DNA of 63,915 nt, counting the filler. It is 9 parts of 9 records of this genome, joined end to end, with 100 filler letters (N's around TTAATTAATTAA, not from the genome) between each part and the next. Parts side by side here need not be neighbours in the genome. Positions count along the whole stretch, not along the records: positions 8,749 to 17,784 come from SRR7504441_6325; positions 17,885 to 22,508 come from SRR7504441_6326; positions 22,609 to 27,382 come from SRR7504441_6330; 6 more parts are not named here. One strand, given 5' to 3'. A program made the translations under genes and the position numbers. Below are positions 12,101-23,987 of this stretch, one piece after another; position 1 is the stretch's first letter, and every line of letters starts with the position of its first letter. A model generated the notes under the pieces. It was not told the origin of the DNA. It was given only the letters and a program-made list of their open reading frames with translations, and did no database searches.

Positions 12101-12378
12101 GGCTCCGGCTGCGCTTCGGCCGGCTGCTCCTCGCGCACCGCGCCGGTGACGGCCGGCGGCGGCGAGACTGCCTGAGGCTCGTTGTGGGCCACCCCGACCG
12201 TGCCGACCTCCATCTCGGTCATCTCGCTGGGCTCGGGCGCGTCCGCCGGCCCCGCCTCTTCTGCGGGCGGCTCTACGGCGGGCGGCTCGACCGGGCTGGT
12301 GACCACATCGAGAAGGACCGTGTCGTCCATCGGCGAGCCCGGACTGGCCGCGCTGAGCTCCGCCGGCGGGTCCTCCAT
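9171..12378 (-). CDS. PNUTS/PPP1R10 - LUMINIDEPENDENS-like PP1 regulatory subunit (homeodomain-like + TFIIS N-terminal domain + RVxF + Pro-rich + CCCH zinc finger)
   Basis: Homeodomain-like KLTMLYQQMP..DLAEIARQLRTPEKLVRQFFNQ; TFIIS-N MTLEGMQKSGIGKTVKRL..AKHLVTAW; PP1-docking RKIRW (about 10723-10738). The last exon (9171-9404) encodes YKSKACMFYQKDGRCRNGANCLYYHD and follows a 400-nt intron (9405-9804). Likely start is MEDPP at 12378. Confidence 0.8.
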
Positions 12379-12521
12379 GCTGAGCGCGCCCGCTTCCGCT
12401 TGTCGCGTCGGCTCCGGGGCCTGCGCTCGGAGGACGGAGGTGGAGTCAGTCCGTTGATTGGCGTGCTGCCGGGTGCACGCCGGGGTGCAAGGGGCTCTAG
12501 CCCCCACCGCGGTGCCCGGGC

Positions 12522-12543
12522 GCTGCTGCTGCTGCTGCTGCTG
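12522..12543. repeat. (CTG)7 microsatellite in the divergent intergenic region
   Basis: gctgctgctgctgctgctgctg read directly. Confidence 0.8.
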
Positions 12544-12586
12544 CCCGCGAGCCGTGTGAGGAGTCTCTGATCGGGGCGGCGAGCGG

Positions 12587-15500
12587 ATGGAGACGCCAGC
12601 GGAGGACGGGCAGCAGTCTGCCTGGCGGGCGGCCGGCGCGCAGTCGCGTAGCCTGGTCAACCTGATCAAGCATGGAGGGTCGGCCGTGTCTGAGGACATG
12701 GACGTGGTGGACGGCAACACCGCGGGGCTGATGGAGGCGATCGACTTTCGGTACGTGCCCATCCGTTGGCTGTGCGGGCTGGTGCGGCAGCCGGTGTTTG
12801 GATCGGACGACCCACAGGCCGCCGACCAGCTGGACCACGCCGAGCTGCTCTACCGGCGGTACCTAGCCACCCGGAACGGGCCGACGGTCCAGCGGGCCTA
12901 CATGTTCGTCGGGGTCTGCCTGCTGTTCTTCGGGGGGGTGGTGCTGGTGATGGCCCTGGACGACTGGTCCGGCTCCTACGAGCCCGGGCACACCCCGTCC
13001 AACAGCGACCAGCAGCGGCTGCGCGAGCTCCGGCTCGAGCTGGCCGGGGCCTACTTTGGGGGCAGCGTGGCCGCAGGCCTGGGGGCGGCTGTCTGGGGCA
13101 ACCACCTTTTCGCGGTGGCCGCCACGCTGTGCCGGCACACGACGGTGCAGCTCGTAACAGCCACTGTGATAGCCGCCGCGCTGTCTTACGTGGCTGACGT
13201 GTACAAGCGCGAGTACGACGACAATGCACTCGACGTGCCGTTTGAGAATAGTTTCTTCACTGGGTCAATCTGCACCGCTGTACTTGTCATCTTCTCTCGG
13301 TATGGCGGAATGCAGTGGCCGGCCGCTACGCTGATGGTTTTCCTCACGTGCGGCTACTGGATCTATAAGATAGCACACGACCGGGTTCTCACTATTATCT
13401 CGGCTGTGCTTCTGTTCGGCTTAATCACTCGTATTTCGCGAGCAGATGACCGGAAGGAGCGGCAGTCGTTCCTGATGCAAGGGATGGGCGGAGTGATCTT
13501 CAATCGATACTTGCTGGCGGCCCGGCCGCTGTACCGATCCGACCAGACCACTGTGCTGCTCGGCAAGGATCTATGGGCCGAGGTGCTTGGTATGAGCTCA
13601 GTGGCTCTCAAGCTCACTAAGGTGCTCGAAGTAGACTCGGGCTGCACGCTGACCTTGTGTGGTGCAGTCTCTCGAGTCCTTTGAAGCCGAACTCCAGGCG
13701 CGATTCGGCCAAGAGCCGAGCCTGGACAGCTTGATACGCAAATCGGCTTTGCTGGATTCAAAGTACGTGGTGCCTGTAGTCGCTTGGCACGAGCATGTCG
13801 GCACAGCTCCTGTTCGGAACCTGGTCTCTGGACCGAATGCCGTCCCAGCAAATGACGACTGGGGCCGAGGGAGTGTACGGATGGAGCGTCGAGATGGTAG
13901 CCATCGGCGGCGCACCTCTTTTACCGATGATTGGGCCGACACTGAGACAATGTATTGCATTGCAATGCCTATGGCCCGGGGCAACCTACGCGACACGCTC
14001 GCCACAGAGGACTTTGCAGGCAAGGACGTGGTCCAGATCCAGACGCTTGCCCAAGAGGTGGCCGAGTGTCTGTCGCACCTGCACGCGAAGGGTCAGATTT
14101 TAGCAGACTTGCGCCCATCGAATCTCGTGTTGAGCAACGGACGGTGGAAGCTGATCGATCTAGACTCTGCAGTCCCGGTGGGCGCTCGGCTGCGGCAGGG
14201 TAAGTTCACCGAGGCCTACATGCCGCCTGAGGTTATGAAATACCGGTTGGTCACGCGAGGCTGCCAGCACACTTCTTTGGATCCAGTTGTTGCATCGCCA
14301 GCGTTGGACATTTGGAGCTTTGGGGTGGTTTTATACGAGCTCCTGACAGGGTTTCCTCTGTTTCGACACCAGCAGGTCACTGGGGCGCTCGCATCACTGG
14401 ACGAATGCCAGCGGCTCAAGTGCTGGCGAGAACTCTCCCGTCAGCAGCTTGCCATGATACTGAGCGAAGATGCTGCTTGCTCTTTGGTTCGGAGGGTCAT
14501 GGCAGCCGACTTAGTGGCCATGTGCTTGCAAGGTAATCCTGAGAACAGGATTGAATCTGTGGATCATATCCTTGCTCACCCGTTCTTCAGCGACCATGTG
14601 ATGGCCATGCCAGTATCAAGGTTTAGCTCGTCTTCGTGTATTCATTCTTCTGCCTCCCACCGCTTTAGCCTGCGATCGAGCACGTCGGAACAAGGCTTCC
14701 GAAGCAATGCACCTGACGTCATTATCTCATACTCCAGCTCCCAACTTGCTCAGATGAAGCGACTTCGGCAGAGCCTAAACATGCTTGGGATCAGCACTGC
14801 TGATGGCAGCCAAGTGCCGCCTGGGATGGACTGGAGGATTTGGTACTTTCAAAAGCTGGAGGGGGCAAAGGTGTTTCTTCCCATCTTATCCAAGACTTTC
14901 ATGAAATCGCCCGAGTGCAATGAAGAGGTGCTGCGCGCTCAAAAGAAGAATTTACCGGTCGTGGCTTGCATGGCCGATCGAGCCGGCTGCGAAGAGGTGG
15001 CAGCCGCAACAGATTTAGAAAATGACCTGCGAGAGCGGATAGCAACTTATAATGATTATCTTGGCAACACTATCCCCGCAGCTGGGGACCTCTTTGGTAA
15101 AGATTTGGAGGCGAGCACGAGATTCTTTGACTACCTTAGAATCCTAGTTCAGAATCTGCTCCCTAGTCTGGAAGAAGTGAAAGAGCAGTCGCCGCAAGCC
15201 ATTCTATTGTGCGCTGAGAGCGACATGAAGTTTACCCATGGCCTACGTGTACGGCTTGAGGATGTGGGCATCAGGGTGGATCTAGGCCGCACAGTGGCGA
15301 GCCATTGGCACGACGCCAAGATTCTGGTCCCTGTGCTATCAGACAGTTTTCTGTTTTGCAGTGAGTGCACCAAGGTCATGCTCTGGTGCACTCAAGAGAA
15401 GAATCTGGCAATCGTGCCGGTGCTGTGCAACTCGAAGGCGTACTCCGCCGTGATAAGCGCAAGTGGAGAGGATAGCCCGTACTTTGCACAACACCCAGGC

Positions 15501-16181
15501 CTGGCTGAGGCACTCCCTTTCTTGTGCAGTGTGCTGAATCGGTGCAACCGCATACCGCCAAACACAGACTTTTCGGACGACCCATCTGTGCTCGAGGAGT
15601 TGCGTATGGCCATCCTCGAGCAGGGCCAATACTCGCGGAGTATAACCAATCTTGTGGCACAGAGAGTGCCAAAGTACGCGGCATTGATTGGTTCGTCCAA
15701 ATGTGTGCCGCGCAGCTGTGAAGTCTTCCTGGATAATGAGCAAGAACACATGCTGGAGCTCTGCTCAGTGCTGCAGACGCAGGTTTGGTCCAGGCAGTCT
15801 GGAGCTGGGCCAGAGCCAAAGCGTGCGTCTGCTCAGCCAGAGAAGGTGCTAATTTCGCACAACCATCATGAGACTGCGTTGCGACTACAGAAAGCATGCC
15901 AGCAGCACTCGATTGAAGCAATCTTGCTACCTGTGGGTGATCTGAGATGGTATAGGTATCTCCAAGATGTGGAGATTTGCCTCTTGTCTCTTACACCTGA
16001 ATTTGTGAGGTCCTCTTGGTGCGAAGGGCAGCTCACATTTGCCAAGGACTGCCGCAAGATCATAGTTCCGGTGATCATGGATGAAGTGACGTTTGCTATT
16101 CTAAACGAGTTTGATGGCCGCGAGAATGAAATACCTTCATACCTCCTAGACGCGTCCATGCCAGCTTTCGATGCCGGATAG
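12587..16181 (+). CDS. Multi-TM Ser/Thr-type protein kinase with three C-terminal TIR domains
   Basis: Exon 1 (12587-13621) has about 6 hydrophobic helices and ends in VALKLTK. After a 46-nt GT-AG intron (13622-13667), exon 2 carries kinase motifs LADLRPSN, KLIDLD, YMPPE and DIWSFG. TIR-like units follow at about 14715-14970, 15190-15430 and 15840-16080. Confidence 0.85.
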
Positions 16182-16569
16182 TGAGGGAGTGTAGAGGTGC
16201 AATGCGGAATTTTCCGATTAGGTGATACTCAACACACACACAACATTAAACTAGACCTAATTGCTCTATAACTGCTCATCTATTGCTCATCATTCCGTGC
16301 CCTCTGCTTTACCTCTGCTTAGTTCGTGAGTTTAAGGAGCCTTATTTTGAATTTTGTAAAATCCCATGATTAATATAATAGATGAATTCATGAATTTTTC
16401 TATACCCATTTAATAAATATAGAACCCTGAGGAGAACTAATGATCAATAGCAAATAAGAACTACATACATGTACGTATTATGTACGTATTAAATCAAGAC
16501 TTAGTACTCGGTGTAGTTTTGAAATGCAGTGATGCGGTGGTAACCCTCCTACCAATCTGCTCGTCAGCG

Positions 16570-17603
16570 CTAGCCCGGCCATCGGGTAACCATGTAGTAA
16601 ATCACCACACCGATCACAAACAGAAACACAAGAATGACCAGCAGCAGCAGCAATACCTGCTTGTTGGGCCCAATCAGGTCGTGGAGCTTATCGGAGATGT
16701 CTTTCTTGACCTTGTCAGAGATGTTCTGCAGGTCCTGGTTGTTGTGATCCACCTTACTCTGCAGCTCCCGGATCCGCATGCTCAGTTTCCGCTGTTTTAT
16801 CAGCTGAGAATCTATCATTTGCACCTGCCGCACTCTCAGCGCCGGGCCATTCGCCCAGCTACCTGGCTCTCCTCCATCAGGTCGATCGACTCGATCTGCC
16901 CGCCCATTCAGCCACCCGCCGCCCTCGGCCGCGCCTTGTTTTTGAGCCTCTCCACCAGGTCGTCTGTGAACTCTTCGTTCTCTCGCAACCGACCAAACTC
17001 ATCACGCAGCTCGCGCAGCTGCCTGCTGTTGTCCTGCCGGTCCCGGAACCCAGCCCCGACCTCGACCACCACGTCACCCTCGAGTGCATCCAAGATCTGC
17101 TCGTGTGCGTGCTTCCTGCGCTCGTTGCGCCGCTGCTGCACGTCGAGCGCCTCGGCCTTCTCAACCGCCGAGAAGATCTTGGCGTTCTCGGCCAGGAAAG
17201 TGGCCAGATAGTTCTGCTTCCGGTCCACGTCCAGCTCGAGCTCGGCCATCTCGTCCTCTCCCCTCATGATCTCCCCGATCAGCGCCTGCTTGTAACTCAG
17301 CTCCTGTGCCCTGGCCTGGTGGAGCGTCTGCGAATCGCTCCCGAACTTGCCTTGCCGGTCCAAGTCCCGCTCGCGCCGGTTGGAGATCAGCAGCCACAGC
17401 TTGTCGTACCGGTCGAGCAGCTGGTCCCGCTGGCCGCTCAGCTTGCGCCGGGAGTACACGAACTGGTTTTTGAGCTGCTGCCGCTTCTCCTCCACCTCCT
17501 GCTTGTACTGGGCGAACTCAACTGCGCCCGCGCCCAGCCCCGGTTCGGACTTGCCCCCTGGGATCTCAAACGGCTCCTGATCGCCCGACGATGGCCAGAC
17601 CAT
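16570..17603 (-). CDS. Tail-anchored coiled-coil protein (SNARE-like)
   Basis: Three exons (introns 16896-16934 GC-AG and 16825-16862 GT-AG). Long heptad coiled coil ending in a single C-terminal TM, VLLLLLVILVFLFVIGVVIYYMV. Confidence 0.65.
16896..16934 (-). other. 39-nt GC-AG intron
   Basis: AAG|gcgcgg...gctgaa...ggcag|ATC. It contains the in-frame TGA that ends the 16908 ORF. Confidence 0.7.
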
Positions 17604-17784
17604 TGCTGCTCGCTGCTCAAGCCGCGCCGGTGCGTGCCGAGCCCCCACTGCCCACACAAATCTCACGAGTTCATATTACACGAGTTCGGTGAACTCGCAG
17701 CCAAAAATGAAGGTGCTCAGATCGGGCCGAGCATGAGCGGGATCGGGTCTAGGGGTGCCGGGGAGCATTCGTATACAAGCGTTT

Positions 17785-17884
17785 NNNNNNNNNNNNNNNN
17801 NNNNNNNNNNNNNNNNNNNNNNNNNNNNTTAATTAATTAANNNNNNNNNNNNNNNNNNNNNNNNNNNNNNNNNNNNNNNNNNNN
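17785..17884. other. Artificial contig linker
   Basis: N run + TTAATTAATTAA + N run. Confidence 0.99.
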
Positions 17885-20800
17885 TCACGCGGTGCTACAC
17901 ATCCGTATGGGAGGTGCTACACAGGCTGCACTTCACGCTTTCCTGTAACACAGACCTCATCCCCTGACCGCTGGAAAACGGACAAAGGCTGCATTGGAAC
18001 GAGTTACGGTGTTCCAGCAGTCAGTGGGACTCAATTTTGCTCGGGCGAAGCCGACTGTAAGAAGAAGGGAGCGGCTGCATGTGACGAAGACGAGCGCTGC
18101 GCTGGTGTTATGTACTTTCCTACATGGTCAACTTCTAATGTCCAGTTCTGCACTACAACCTCTACAATAAGCTGGTCTGGAGCCATCACTGCCCTCAAAT
18201 TTGCTGGGACGCGGCGAGTCCGGGCCAAAAACCACGTGACTTGTGATCAGACATCATCAGCTCTCACAGCAGCCGCTGCTCGAGGGGCCAAACAAAACTC
18301 GGATCTGTGGTTTCAGATCAAGAGGGCTCCTGCGAACTGGACTGAACTTGGGTTTGTGGAGCTTTGGTCGGGCGGGATGCCATGTTGTGAAGTCCCAGGC
18401 ACTTGCAGCAGCACACAGTGCAGCATAGCTTGCAGCAACACCAAGTGCAGCACTCAGTCCTACTTTAATTTTGCGAAGGTTGAGCATGGGTACACCATGC
18501 ATGTGTCGTCGTCATTAACTGAACCTGGTGTCCCTGAGATTTTCAACGTGGATTTTGCAAGTGCACCAGCCACCGCCAGCTCGGTAAATTGGGAAGGGGC
18601 TACTTCACCGACTGGAGCACCGACGAATGCACCAACGCACGGGCGGCGCCGCCGCTGTGGGGGCCCAGGTGAGCGCCGCTGTGGAGTTACCCGCCCAACT
18701 CGACAGCCAACTAGAGCACCAACTCCAGGACCAACTCCAGTTGGTGAAACTGGAGCACCAACTCCAAAGCCCCCATCAAAATATGTCTTTACATTCAAGA
18801 GCCTCGGCACAACCAGCACCCCTCCGGTCAAAGGGGATGCGTTCCCAAATTCTCTGCCGACACGCTTTGGCCAGGAAGTCGCAGCTGTCACGGCTGCGGA
18901 GGCCGCGGTTGCAGCTGATCAGCCAACGGTTGCACAGATCATTGAGGCTGCACACCTAGGACCCCACACAATTCCAGCCTGGCAGCTCAATCTGACGACA
19001 CCAGAAGTGGTGCGTGACCTGATGTCGAGGATCCTCCAGCTGGGCGAGGACGGCTCAAGCCCCAGGCTGTCGGGCGAGAAGGCGCACTCTAGCCGGCATT
19101 CACGCCAGCTGCTTGAGTCGGCATCAGCCAGTGACCTAGCAAGTAGCAGCTTGCTGCAGAAAATAGCCTACTTTAAGAACAACACAGCCTCTTTCAGCAC
19201 CGAGCAGGTCTACAGATCGGCCTACTTCACCAGTGTTGGGCACAACACACGATACTGCAGTGCCTTCACTAGTCTCTTGAGGCACCCGACCTCAACATTG
19301 CCCGCTCAATGTGCAGAGGAATGTTTGAAGCAGAGGCTGTGCAATACCTTTGCCACAGGCGCGGGAGCTTTAGGCTGCACCACCTACATAGGATGTGTGC
19401 TCTCCAAGCCTCAGAAGACGCAAACCTGGGATGCAGAGTATTTCGTGAGGAATATTCTCGATGGTGCCAGTGGTAATCTGACCTTTCCAGTCACAGGCCT
19501 GTGGGCCGGCAGCCAAACCCAGTGGACTGATGACGGTAGAGGATTCAACTTTGACCCGCAGCAGCTCAAGCAGGCGCATCTTGACTGGTATGGCAGCAAT
19601 CCCTTAACTACTTGGTACTGTGCGGTCCGACAATCTGAAAATAACAGGATCTTGCTCAAGACCTGGTCGCTAGAAGAGGCTCAGCTGGTGTTAGGCACAG
19701 GGTCGTCATCCAGCCTGCAAGCTATCATACCAATGATTAACGGGGTTGCTGGTGACCCTACCGACCTCGCAGCGAGCTGGTCCGGCGGGTCAGTGTTCTG
19801 GACTGATTGGCAACCGATGCGTCAAGCGTGCGAGCACGAGCTCCCACCCAAAAAGCGGCCACCACTCAAGATCACAATCCGCCAGTTGAGAAATGGGACC
19901 GAGTACATGCGAGCGAAGGTGACGCTGCATCTGCCCAGGGACGCAGTGGGTATACACACACCACGCCCAAGGTTGAGGTGCGCGTCGTGGAATGTGCAAG
20001 GACAGTCCGGCGTGTGCGTTGGTATCGACGCAGAAACCCAGCAAAGTCACTGCTATGGGTCGAGCACTGGCTGTGTGTGGGGCACCCCAAGTCAGTGCAC
20101 TTCGGATGCGGACTGTGTAAACCTGGAGACTGGTCCCAAGTTCAATAGTAATCAGACGTGCTACCAAAGAGAGAATGTCACACAAGACTTTACTACTGGC
20201 TTAGCATGGATGGATTACCCATGCACGCAGCCGGGACCGTATGCGCCCTCCCCGCCGTATCCAGTCAGCAAAGGATGTGCGAGCAGAAACGACTGTCAGG
20301 GGTTCTGCAACGAGAAGTCCAAGCTGAGCTACAATGCGAGCCAGGAGCAGCGGCCGTGGAAGCTAGTGCGTTACTTTAACAGCCTGTCTTCTACCACCGG
20401 GGAGATCTGGCGGGGAACACCTCGGCCGAATTCAAATGTCGGCGTCTTTGCGTCTCATGCATTGAATAGCTCCCTGGATATTGCCCAATGCTACGAGGCG
20501 TGCCAGCAGCACTTTATTGCGGCAGGCTTGCCGCTGTCGTCATTACGAGGATTTGCTCACTACAGGACCAAGCCTGCTGGGGGTGCGTCTGATGGCGAGT
20601 GCATGTGCTACGACCACAAAGACTCTGGGCAACCAAATGGGACTCTTGCGAGTGACCTGTTAGGGGGTTCAAGCTCGACAACGTTCCAACCAAACCGGAC
20701 AGCCGGCTGGGCCTCGTTTGCTGTGCTGTCGGATCCAGTGCTGACTGTTGCATTCGATTGGACAAATACAAGCTCTGGATGCACCTACAACAGCCTAGAG

Positions 20801-22508
20801 AACAAGTGCTTCATGAACTACAATGAACAGAGTCCGATTGCAGTTGCCGGGACAGAGACTTGCCCGTTGCCTCAGAACTTGGCTCGCTACTACCAAGGTG
20901 AACTCACCCTCGATCCGCGCGCTTCTAACTGGGAGATTGGCGATGCCCTTGTCATTCCAGATCAAAGAACCTGGCCAGATGCTGGTGTCAGTGCAGCACT
21001 CCCTCAGTACCAGGACCTGGGCACCAATGTATGCAGCAATAGGAGCGCCTATTGGGATAAGCGTAATCTAGCCAGCATGCAAAATGGTGCTGTGCTGCAG
21101 CCTCTCTTTCAAAAGGGGCATGCAGCGTTAGACCGGGAGGCTCTGGATGGCGCATGCCAGAGGCTCTGCGACAGCGACACCGGGTGCAGAGGCTATGCGG
21201 TTGCCTCAGATGCGTTCTGGAATGGTCCCGAGAGTGGCTACGTCTGTGCACTGTATTCAGAATGTGAATCCCCCCCACAAGGCAACCCAGGATCCCCCAC
21301 ACAGAACTACCACGGATTCAAAAAGCTGGCCACTCCAGGACCAAGCGGCCCATGGTGTGAGACTGGCTTGAGGTGGGCACTTCCAGGGAAAGATGTGTGC
21401 TGTCCTGCCAGCTGTGGACGCTGTGGAGGCTCTCAGTGCGGCAGTTACCCCGGGGGGCAGAGCCAGTGCTGTGCTGGAGGTATCGCAAGCACTGGCCAGC
21501 AATGTAGCACCAAATCATCAGACGCGTGTCTCATTCCTCCGTCTACGATTGCACCCACCTCTGCTCCAACAAGTGCTCCCTCCCTTTCTCCAACAGGTGC
21601 CCCCAGCGTCTCCCCCAGCTTTGCACCAAGTGATGCTCCAAGTTTTTCTCCCACTTCTGCACCAAGCTTTGCTCCCTCGTATGCTCCAACTCCTGTGCCC
21701 TCGTATGCACCATCACGACCGCCGACCAGGGCCCCAACTCGGCCAGGGCCAGGAATGGGGCTGCTTGCACAGGAAGCTGCTGCCAAAGCGCGACTGCGGG
21801 CAGTAATTGCCAAGGAGCTGGAGAGTAAACGGCTTGCACCTGCCAAGAGCGCGCAAGCGCGCGTTGCACAGCGACTAGGCAAGGAAGTGACATACAAAGG
21901 CTTGGCTGCCGTGATTGAAAAGAAGGCTGCCGAGCGAGCCAGCAAGCTTGATGCCAAGACAGCCGAGATCAAGCAGATGGCTGCTGAGGAAGCAGCTGTG
22001 AAAGCTGCCGAGAAGGCGCAAGAGAGCCACACCAAAACAAAGGAAAAGAATAAAGAGGTTGCAATGAGAGGGAAAATCGCATCCCAAGAACAGCAGGAGG
22101 GTGCTGCTACGTTACAAATGACTCTGGCCGCTTCTAGATACGATGTGGCTGCAAATGACCCAGGGAACTCCGTGCACAGCCTGACGAACCATCGAGCTGT
22201 GCTACTGGTAGGGGATGCGCCACAGAACAAAAAGCGCACCTTCTTGAAGTTTTCTGTCATGCCTGCAATGCAAGGCCAGGATGCAGTTGTCCGCGCAAAG
22301 CTTCACCTCTACAAACTGGCCGGCGATGATGCACCATTCGTGGTCTCCACTTCCGAGTGCACGTGGACACGATCGACCCTGACATGGTCACTGAGTGAAC
22401 AATTTGCCCAGGGCTCAGTAGTTGGATCGGGTCTGTTCCCAGCAGAGAATGGGAAATGGACTGCTGTGAACCTCGATCCGCTCCAGGTTGAACGAGCGAG
22501 AGCTCAGG
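17885..22508 (+). CDS. Internal fragment of a giant extracellular Cys-rich mosaic protein (PAN/apple-like modules, PTxAP/PSxAP stalks, coiled coil, DNRLRE-like domain)
   Basis: One frame stays open across the entire 4.6-kb contig. C..C...C..F PAN-like motifs (CAEECLKQRLCNTF, CQRLCDSDTGCRGY), Pro-Ser/Thr repeats, and C-terminal RTFLKF...AKLHLY...WT.STLTW. Confidence 0.75.
21545..21745 (+). repeat. Coding P-S/T-x-A/S-P tetrapeptide repeat (mucin-like stalk)
   Basis: APTSAPTSAPSLSPTGAPSVSPSFAPSDAPSFSPTSAPSFAPSYAP... Confidence 0.85.
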
Positions 22509-22608
22509 NNNNNNNNNNNNNNNNNNNNNNNNNNNNNNNNNNNNNNNNNNNNTTAATTAATTAANNNNNNNNNNNNNNNNNNNNNNNNNNNNNNNNNNNN
22601 NNNNNNNN
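22509..22608. other. Artificial contig linker
   Basis: N run + TTAATTAATTAA + N run. Confidence 0.99.
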
Positions 22609-22772
22609 GACTAAATAAATTCATGCAACTCAACTAGATTGGTCGTACCGCGGTTGCCTAGCTTTACCCAGCTTTATCACATCAAACGATTTGCTTATAA
22701 TTATTATACAATTGCAAGTACCGCTTAAGTACCGCTTAAGCGTTGTATTAGCGTTGTAAAATTATTGTAACC

Positions 22773-23864
22773 TTAAACCACCCGATGAAAAACCGCTTGG
22801 TTCCAATCCGAGTGTTGCTGCTTCCAGCTCTTAATGCGCTCTCGGCCTCGGGCGATTATTGGGAGCTCTTCGTCGGCGATCGCGATCTTGTACGATGGCC
22901 GTGCCTTGACTCGCTCCCAGTACGCAAGTACTCTAGGGATGTCAGCATACAGGTGATCCCAGCCAGCAGTGTCCATGCGCTCAAATATAGTAATCATCCC
23001 GACATCAGCTAGTGTATACACGTCGCCAGTCAAGTAAGGCCGATCATCAGCGAATGTTGAGTCCAGCCGCTCCAAATGCATCCGTGCGGACTTGGTCGCT
23101 ACGTGTGTCATTTCTCTAGCCTTACCAATCTTTGTGAGAAATGAAGGCCCGAGCAGTTTTATCAATGCAAACAGAACTGGCCTCTTTTTGTCGTGGTGAT
23201 GCACTAATCCATACAGCACTTGCCTGCAGGGTCTGCCTTAGCCTTAGGGGGAGCACTAGCAGTGCCTGTATGCAATCTCTGTCATCATCGAAACAAAGAG
23301 GGGCATCGAGATTCCGGGGAGACAGCACCCAAGCCTCTCATCTGTGTCCATTTCGCTGAAGTCGTGGGTGCAGGTGAGAGATGTGAAATGCACCCACTTG
23401 GCTACCTGAACACCAGCACATTACAACGCCCGGCACGCCCAGGTGGTTTGCCTCTTCCTCCAGCTCAGGAGGGTTGAGGGAAGGGCCCTCGAACATCTGG
23501 TCCACGTAAAGAATCTGCTCGTGCGATTCATACACAGGATGGCCGTTGTGCACAAGCACTGGGACTGTGCCCGACGGGTTGACTTTCCGGAACTCGGGGC
23601 TGCAAGCCGGCTCAGTTGGCTGCCCCGCGGGTCACTGGGTCACCTGCAGGTCTGATACCAGCCTGTTTCGACCAGGTGGATGTGGTTGGATTTGTATTGG
23701 ATGCCCTTCTCCGCCAATCCGACCCGCACCTTACCGCTGCACCCACTGAGCACGTTATGGTACAGCTCGAGAGGCTCTGTGTGCGGGAGCGTGATGTGCT
23801 CATTTAGCCCAGGCTTGGTCGTAATGCGGCGCATTGCTGCCAAGCCCAGCCGGTTGCTGACCAT
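22773..23864 (-). CDS. Glutathione S-transferase family protein with internal insertion (GDAP1-like), 4 exons
   Basis: GST-N motifs LYHNVLSGCSGKVR and VNPSGTVPVLVHNG.PVYES; GST-C motif YLTGDVYTLADV..YWERVKARPSY. Introns at 23600-23643 (GT), 23406-23451 (GC) and 23224-23265 (GC). Confidence 0.85.
23224..23265 (-). other. 42-nt GC-AG intron
   Basis: CAG|gcactg...gctaag...ctgcag|G. It contains an in-frame TAG; removal gives IAYRQVLYG. Confidence 0.75.
23406..23451 (-). other. 46-nt GC-AG intron
   Basis: GAG|gcaaac...gttcag|GTA. Removal restores the frame (EEE-VAKWV). Confidence 0.75.
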
Positions 23865-23987
23865 ATGGCGGGTTGAGCCGATCATTGGCGTCGGCCTCGA
23901 CTACTAAGTGCTCGGCAGTCGTCCAGACTACACACGCACACCGGATGCCGAGATCCGTTACGGCGGCCCGACTGCACCAAGGCACAC

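Noticed and set aside
10921-12570. Long antisense and alternative-frame ORFs (549 aa here; also 29529-30761, 62617-63585 and many others)
   Set aside because: These are shadow ORFs expected from GC-rich codon usage opposite real genes, with no recognisable motifs.
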